Shown piece by piece: positions 26,545 through 32,000 of a stretch of DNA of 32,000 nucleotides (position 1 is the first letter of the stretch; every line of letters begins with the position of its first letter). The position numbers and the translations under genes are program-made. The stretch spans positions 270,001 through 302,000 of the forward strand of contig CP188086.1 of assembly GCA_049942765.1 (NCBI GenBank), read 5' to 3'. Below the pieces are notes generated by a model, which saw only the letters and a list, made by a program, of their open reading frames with translations, had not been told where the DNA came from and ran no database searches. This stretch comes from Candidatus Saccharimonadota bacterium (GTDB taxonomy: Bacteria; Pseudomonadota; Gammaproteobacteria; Enterobacterales; Enterobacteriaceae).

Positions 26545-27315
26545 ATGATTACAAAACCTTTAATTATAGGTAATTGGAAGTTACATGGAAATAAAAATAC
26601 GATATACGATGTTTTTTACCCTCTAATTAAATTTTTAAAAAAACAATTAATTAATAATTCTATCATGTTATTACCACCTATATTATATTTACATTATGCA
26701 CATAAAATTATTCAAAATTCTTCAATTTTGTTAGGTGCTCAAAATGTTGATCTGAATGTCTCAGGAGCTTTTACTGGTGAAACTTCTATTAATATGTTAA
26801 AAGATATTGGTGTTAATTATATCCTTGTAGGACATTCTGAAAGAAGAATATATCATCAAGAAAATAATATGATAATAGCAAAAAAATTTAAATTGATTAA
26901 AGATCATAATTGTATTCCAATTCTGTGTATAGGAGAAACACAAGAACAAAAAAATAACAATCAAACTAAATCTATTATTAGAAAACAGCTAAATCTAATA
27001 TTTAGTTTATGTGGTGAATCTGCATTTAATAATACTATTATTGCATATGAACCCGTTTGGTCAATAGGTACAGGTACTATACCTAATGAACAAACTATAC
27101 AAAATATACATGAATATATTAATAATTACATTAAACATAAATACGAGGGACAAAATATAGATAACAATATATCAATTATTTATGGAGGTTCAGTTAACAA
27201 ATATAATATTAAGAACATTTTACATACTAATAATGTGGACGGAGTTTTAATTGGAAAAGGATCTTTAGACTATTCTACCTTTTCTAATTTAATTAAATTA
27301 TCTCATAATGAATAA
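26545..27315 (+). CDS. tpiA: Triosephosphate isomerase
   Basis: 256 aa. The catalytic residues sit in context: GNWKLHG (Asn/Lys), VGHSERR (His) and AYEPVWSIGTG (Glu). YGGSV is also present. Confidence 0.96.
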   Translation: MITKPLIIGNWKLHGNKNTIYDVFYPLIKFLKKQLINNSIMLLPPILYLHYAHKIIQNSSILLGAQNVDLNVSGAFTGETSINMLKDIGVNYILVGHSERRIYHQENNMIIAKKFKLIKDHNCIPILCIGETQEQKNNNQTKSIIRKQLNLIFSLCGESAFNNTIIAYEPVWSIGTGTIPNEQTIQNIHEYINNYIKHKYEGQNIDNNISIIYGGSVNKYNIKNILHTNNVDGVLIGKGSLDYSTFSNLIKLSHNE

Positions 27316-27670
27316 TGTTATTATATTACATTAATATTTTTTTTTAATTACCATTACTCAGTATTTTTTAAATTATATTTAGTATGAATCTATTATGAAT
27401 TGTATGTAATATAAATACATAGTTATGAGTAATACATACTGTATTTTTACAACTAAATTTAATGCATTGAGTTTTTATAAAAAATATTTATAAAAACTTA
27501 TATAATAATTATTATATATTTTTATATATTCATATAAAGTTATATAACAATGTATATTCTATAAATGATTGACTTTAATAAGTCATTTTTTTTGATAAAT
27601 AAATATTGAATAAATATTTAATATGTACATTAATACTTCTGATTCATATATATGAAAACATAATAATGTT

Positions 27671-27693
27671 AAAAACGAAAAATATTATTTTTC
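27671..27693 (-). terminator. Weak candidate pfkA terminator
   Basis: The minus strand reads GAAAAAT-AAT-ATTTTTC-GTTTTTAAC. This is a 7-bp stem that is almost all A/T, with a 3-nt loop and a T5 run. It lies about 100 nt downstream of the pfkA stop. Its predicted stability is low. Confidence 0.25.
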
Positions 27694-27792
27694 ATAGAAA
27701 TAACAAAAAATAATTTATTTATGAATGTATTTAATAATGTTTATTTAATTACTTAAAAAATTTTTTTATTACATGTGTATATCTGATTTTCA

Positions 27793-28755
27793 TTAAAATA
27801 GTTTTTTAGCAGTTTCTAACCAATCTTTTTTAAAAGGTCGTTTCATATTTTTTAAAGCATTAGTAATATCATGATTTACCATAGAATCATTTTGAATACC
27901 TACACATCTACCACCATATCCTTTTAATAATAATTCAATTGCATAAGAACCCATTCTAGATGCTAAAATTCGATCATATACAACAGGTGAACCTCCTCTT
28001 TGAATGTGACCTAAAATAGTTGCTCTAGTTTCTCTTTGAGTATTGATTTCGATATATTTTGCCAATTCATTAACATCGAAAATATATTCAGTAATAGCTA
28101 CAATAGCATGTTTTTTACCTTTTTTTATTCCTGCTAATATTTCCGTTAATAGCTCTTGTTTAGTAGAATAAATTTCAGGTAATACAACAAATTCGCATCC
28201 ACCTGCAATAGCTGCTGCTAAAGTTAAATCACCACAATATCGACCCATGACTTCTACGATAGATACTCGTTGATGTGAAGACGATGTATCTCTTAATCTA
28301 TCAATAGCTTCTACTACAGTTTCTAAAGCAGTAAAATACCCAATAGTATAATCTGTTCCTGCAACATCATTATCTATAGTACCAGGGATTCCAATGCAAG
28401 GAAAACCCATTTCAGTTAATAAATTTGCTCCAATATATGAACCATCTCCACCAATTACTACTAATACATCTATCCCTCTATTTTTTAAATTATCGATAGC
28501 TAATAAACGAATATTTTTTTTACAAAATTCTGGAAATCGTGCTGATCCCAAAAAAGTTCCACCTCTATTAATGATATCAGATACACTATATCTATTTAAT
28601 TTAATCATATTATTTTTGTATAATCCTAAATAACCATTATAAATACCAAAAACTTCTAATCCCTCACTAATAGCTCTACGGACTACACCCCTAATAGCTG
28701 CATTCATACCAGGTGCATCTCCACCACTTGTTAATACACCAATTGTTTTAATCAT
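27793..28755 (-). CDS. pfkA: ATP-dependent 6-phosphofructokinase
   Basis: 320 aa, the same as E. coli PfkA. Shared segments are [35 protein letters not shown] and MGR.CGDL. A GAGGA SD is present. Confidence 0.98.
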   Translation of the reverse strand: MIKTIGVLTSGGDAPGMNAAIRGVVRRAISEGLEVFGIYNGYLGLYKNNMIKLNRYSVSDIINRGGTFLGSARFPEFCKKNIRLLAIDNLKNRGIDVLVVIGGDGSYIGANLLTEMGFPCIGIPGTIDNDVAGTDYTIGYFTALETVVEAIDRLRDTSSSHQRVSIVEVMGRYCGDLTLAAAIAGGCEFVVLPEIYSTKQELLTEILAGIKKGKKHAIVAITEYIFDVNELAKYIEINTQRETRATILGHIQRGGSPVVYDRILASRMGSYAIELLLKGYGGRCVGIQNDSMVNHDITNALKNMKRPFKKDWLETAKKLF

Positions 28756-28810
28756 TATATCCTCAAAAATAAAAGATCATTTTTTACTTTTTACAACTAT
28801 TGTTATATGT

Positions 28811-28840
28811 AAAAATACAAAATTCATCTATATATGAATT
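28811..28840 (-). terminator. Candidate gpmA terminator
   Basis: The minus strand reads AATTCAT-ATATAG-ATGAATT-TTGTATTTTT. This is a 7-bp stem with a 6-nt loop and a U-rich tail. It starts 42 nt after the gpmA stop. Confidence 0.35.
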
Positions 28841-28881
28841 ATTTCATATATTATAAATATTAAATATTGCATTTGAAAGTA

Positions 28882-29598
28882 TTATATCTTATGATTTTTT
28901 GTATCATGTAAATAATAATATTTTATCGGTTTTAATGATGTGTTAAATTCATAAATAATAGGCATACCTGTTGGTATGTTAATTTTCATAATATCAATAT
29001 CACTTATATAACTTATATATTTAATTAATGCTCTAAGAGAGTTTCCATGAGCAACAATTAAAATTGTATTATCATGATTTAATTTTTCTTTAATAACATC
29101 ATTCCAATAAAGTGCAACTCTTTTTAACGTTAATTCTAGACTTTCAGATATAGGTAGTTTTTCCTGTGAAACATTTTGGTACCTTATATCATGTCCAGGA
29201 AATCTTTTATCCGATTTATCAATTGATGGAGGTATAATTTTAAAGCTTCTCCTCCATAAATTAACTTGATTAGATCCATATTGATGTTCTGTTTCTAATT
29301 TATTAAGTCCTTGTAAAGCTCCATAATGTCTTTCATTTAAGCACCAACTTTTTTCTACAGTTAACCAAGATTGGTTTAATACATCTAATATAATCCATAA
29401 AGTTGTAATTGCTCTTGTTAGCATAGAAGTATAAGCTATATTAAAATGGAATCCATTTAATTTTAATAGTTTTCCAGCTAGATAAGCTTCTTCTTTACCT
29501 TTTTTAGATAATTTAGCATCATACCATCCTGTGAATTTATTCAACTCATTCCATTCACTTTCTCCATGTCGTATTAACACTAATTTTTTAATTTTCAT
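28882..29598 (-). CDS. gpmA: 2,3-bisphosphoglycerate-dependent phosphoglycerate mutase
   Basis: 238 aa. It has LIRHGESEWN (catalytic His), ERHYGALQG and VAHGNSLRAL. It is collinear with E. coli GpmA but lacks the C-terminal tail. An AAGGA SD is present. Confidence 0.97.
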   Translation of the reverse strand: MKIKKLVLIRHGESEWNELNKFTGWYDAKLSKKGKEEAYLAGKLLKLNGFHFNIAYTSMLTRAITTLWIILDVLNQSWLTVEKSWCLNERHYGALQGLNKLETEHQYGSNQVNLWRRSFKIIPPSIDKSDKRFPGHDIRYQNVSQEKLPISESLELTLKRVALYWNDVIKEKLNHDNTILIVAHGNSLRALIKYISYISDIDIMKINIPTGMPIIYEFNTSLKPIKYYYLHDTKNHKI

Positions 29599-29772
29599 AA
29601 ATTATATTCCTTATACGTATCAAGTTATTATTTTAATTATATTAAATAATTTTATTTATTAAATATAAAATTTTTTATTGTATTTTAAATATTTAATTAA
29701 ATTGTTTATGTTTTTTATGAAATAAAACAAAAAATATTATTAAATAATAGTTTTAATAAAAAGTTTTTTATT

Positions 29773-31020
29773 TTAAATGTTTAATGAAATTCTAGTGAAA
29801 TCTTCTAATAAATCTTTAATGGTATTTAAAAATTGTATAGCTGTTTTACCATCTATCAAACGATGATCATAAGTCAATGCAATATACATCATTGGACAGA
29901 TTTTTACTTCATTATTAATAGCTATAGGTCTATCTTTAATTGCATGTATTCCTAAAATACCTGTTTGAGGAGGGTTAATAATAGGAGTGGATAACAATGA
30001 TCCAAATACTCCTCCATTACTAATTGTAAAGGTTCCACTTGATAAATCTTCAAAAGTAATTTTTCCAGATTCTCCTTTAGATACATATTCTATTATTTTT
30101 TTTTCAATATCAGACATACTCATATGATCTACATTTTTTAATACTGGAGTAATCAATCCCTTAGATGTAGAAATAGCAATATTTATATCATAATACAGAT
30201 AAGAAATAACGTCTTGATTTTCAATTGAAGCATTCATATCAGGGTATTTTTTTAATGCTTCCACTACAGATTTAACGTAGAAAGACATAAAACCAAGTTT
30301 AACATTATGTATTTTTTTAAAATAATCTCCATATCTTTTACGGATTTGAATAATAGAATACATATTAACTTCATTAAAAGTAGTTAACATAGCAGTGTTA
30401 TTTTTGGTCAATAATAATCTTTCAGCTATTGTTTGGCGTAAACGACTCATGGGTGTTTTAATTTTTTTTCTATCACTACATATTGATACATTATTATCAA
30501 CAGTCTGTATATAATCTGTGTCTGAAATACACTGATTTTGTATATTATTTTGAATATTAATATAATTTTGTATATCTTGTTTAGTAATCCTTCCTTTTAA
30601 ACCAGTTCTATGTTTAATATCATCTATAGATATATTATGTTCATTAATAAGTTTTCTAATAGTTGGAGAATTATAATCTTTATATATATTGGAGAGATCT
30701 TTAGATACAGGGTTGATATGAACATCATGATTATTAGAAATAGTAGCACTATGATCATTATGATTTATATTCTTGAGTATAGATTCATGAATAATACCTA
30801 TAACCTGATTAGGTTTGACAAGTTTTCCTTTATGTTCTAATACTTTATATAAAATACCTGTAACTGGAGAAAGAATTTCTAATACGATTTTATCTGTTTC
30901 AATATCTACAATTAATTCATTTGTAAAAATAAAATCACCTTCATTTTTATGCCATAAATGTACTGTAGCATCACTAATAGAATCAGGTAACTCTGGTACT
31001 AAAATATTAATTTTTTTCAT
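29773..31020 (-). CDS. sucB: Dihydrolipoyllysine-residue succinyltransferase, the E2 component of 2-oxoglutarate dehydrogenase
   Basis: 415 aa. It has a single N-terminal lipoyl domain with [11 protein letters not shown], an E3-binding segment ([13 protein letters not shown]) and a catalytic domain with YDHRLIDG. It starts 2 nt after the sucA stop. Confidence 0.97.
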   Translation of the reverse strand: MKKINILVPELPDSISDATVHLWHKNEGDFIFTNELIVDIETDKIVLEILSPVTGILYKVLEHKGKLVKPNQVIGIIHESILKNINHNDHSATISNNHDVHINPVSKDLSNIYKDYNSPTIRKLINEHNISIDDIKHRTGLKGRITKQDIQNYINIQNNIQNQCISDTDYIQTVDNNVSICSDRKKIKTPMSRLRQTIAERLLLTKNNTAMLTTFNEVNMYSIIQIRKRYGDYFKKIHNVKLGFMSFYVKSVVEALKKYPDMNASIENQDVISYLYYDINIAISTSKGLITPVLKNVDHMSMSDIEKKIIEYVSKGESGKITFEDLSSGTFTISNGGVFGSLLSTPIINPPQTGILGIHAIKDRPIAINNEVKICPMMYIALTYDHRLIDGKTAIQFLNTIKDLLEDFTRISLNI

Positions 31021-31022
31021 TA

Positions 31023-32000
31023 TTATTCTTCTAATATAAAATTGATATGTAACGCATTATTAATTATTTTTTTTTGTTGTTCTTTATGTAAGATTGAATA
31101 TCCAGTTGCTGTAGAAGCAGACATAGGACGCCCTATATAATTTAATGTAGCATTAATAGGAATTATATTGCATATATAATTTTTTATAAATTGCCATGCT
31201 CCTTGATTTTTTGGTTCTTCTTGACACCAAACAAAATCTTTTACGTTGAGATAAGAAGATATTGATTGTTTTATATTATTAGTTGGAAATGGATATAATT
31301 GTTCAATTCTAATAATTGATATATCACATTGTTTATTTACATGTACGCTCTCTAATAAATCATAATATATTTTTCCAGTACAAAAAATAATTCTTTTAAT
31401 ATCGTTATTATTAAAATCCATATTTGATATATGTATTACTTTATTAAATTTTCCATGTAATAAATCGTTAAATGAAGAACAAGAAGGGGTATAACGTAAT
31501 AAATATTTTGGAGTCATAATAATTAATGGTTTAAAAATTTTTTTTAATGTTTGACGACGTAATAAATGATAGAACTGTGCACTAGTAGATGGTACACAAA
31601 TTTGCATGTTGTTTTCAGCACATAATTGTAGAAATCTTTCTATGCGAGCAGATGAATGTTCAGGACCTTGTCCTTCGTACCCGTGAGATAATAATATAAT
31701 TAGATTTGAACACACCCCCCATTTTTGTTCACCAGCACTAATAAATTGATCAATTACTACTTGAGCTACGTTCGCAAAATCACCAAATTGTGCTTCCCAA
31801 ATTGTAATAGTATCTTGTATAGTAATAGAAAATCCATATTCAAAAGCTAATACAGCTTCTTCAGATAATACTGAATTATAAATTTTAAAACGACCTTGTA
31901 AATTACTGATATGTTCTAAAGGAATATATTTTGAATTGTTTTTTTGATCAAAAATTACTGAATGTCGATGAAAAAATGTACCTCTACATGTATCTTCTCC
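31023..32000 (-). CDS. sucA: 2-oxoglutarate dehydrogenase E1 component, C-terminal part (5' end lies outside the window)
   Basis: I translated the minus-strand frame by hand and it stays open to base 32000. It reads ..[96 protein letters not shown].. This is collinear with E. coli SucA. The ORF-track start at 31715 is an internal GTG (Val). Confidence 0.97.
   Translation of the reverse strand, partial: GEDTCRGTFFHRHSVIFDQKNNSKYIPLEHISNLQGRFKIYNSVLSEEAVLAFEYGFSITIQDTITIWEAQFGDFANVAQVVIDQFISAGEQKWGVCSNLIILLSHGYEGQGPEHSSARIERFLQLCAENNMQICVPSTSAQFYHLLRRQTLKKIFKPLIIMTPKYLLRYTPSCSSFNDLLHGKFNKVIHISNMDFNNNDIKRIIFCTGKIYYDLLESVHVNKQCDISIIRIEQLYPFPTNNIKQSISSYLNVKDFVWCQEEPKNQGAWQFIKNYICNIIPINATLNYIGRPMSASTATGYSILHKEQQKKIINNALHINFILEE

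Noticed and set aside
1-32000. Replication terminus or GC-skew switch (this gene neighbourhood lies roughly opposite the origin in Buchnera, as I recall)
   Set aside because: My approximate hand counts of G against C on the plus strand of four spacers all give G above C. The counts are about 136:78 (301-1888), 69:46 (13081-13866), 79:61 (23620-24580) and 33:30 (27316-27792). The skew weakens towards the right but never changes sign. I found no dif-like sequence. A proper cumulative-skew calculation would settle it.
1-32000. Mobile elements, CRISPR arrays, prophage or defence islands, and long dispersed or tandem repeats
   Set aside because: I saw no transposase-, integrase- or Cas-like ORFs, no regularly spaced direct repeats, and no long duplicated segments. 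Every ORF of 65 aa or more is either a housekeeping gene or a shadow frame. An all-against-all dot plot would be needed to exclude short dispersed repeats.

Overview
This window is a very AT-rich, compact chromosome segment. It looks like a reduced-genome gammaproteobacterial insect endosymbiont. Gene content and order best fit Buchnera aphidicola, but that rests on my memory of Buchnera/E. coli synteny, not on a search. The gene order is flgA, ompA, tRNA-Ser/Cys/Leu, rsmC, minCDE, tsaB, yoaE, cspC, htpX, zwf, pykA, aspS, infA, trxB, serS, serC, aroA, rpsA, tpiA, pfkA, gpmA, sucB, sucA.

I can support 24 protein-coding loci and 3 tRNAs. flgA and sucA are cut by the window edges, and minC is frameshifted. 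All are housekeeping genes: translation, glycolysis and pentose-phosphate, 2-oxoglutarate dehydrogenase, cell division, envelope. Summing my coordinates, about 73.5% of the window is coding. The rest is AT-rich spacer, some of it very long (1.6 kb, 0.96 kb, 0.79 kb, 0.69 kb, 0.65 kb).

I found no mobile elements, CRISPR array, defence or toxin genes, rRNA, or any novel multi-gene system.

The observations most worth a second look:
- An unannotated, frameshifted relic of the small-protein gene yobF lies inside the unusually GC-rich cspC leader. It has no stop codon and is in phase with cspC.
- minC is split by a frameshift exactly at an A10 tract. Adding one A restores a 233-codon gene. This fits the transcriptional-slippage rescue reported for endosymbionts.
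- Several long spacers sit exactly where E. coli carries genes (flgMN, yebK/hexR, ycaL-cmk, ihfB, sucCD, lrp-ftsK-lolA-rarA, lpxM..ruvC).
- rpsA has a structured leader with no Shine-Dalgarno (SD) sequence.
- A few spacer hairpins and inverted repeats are longer than I would expect by chance.
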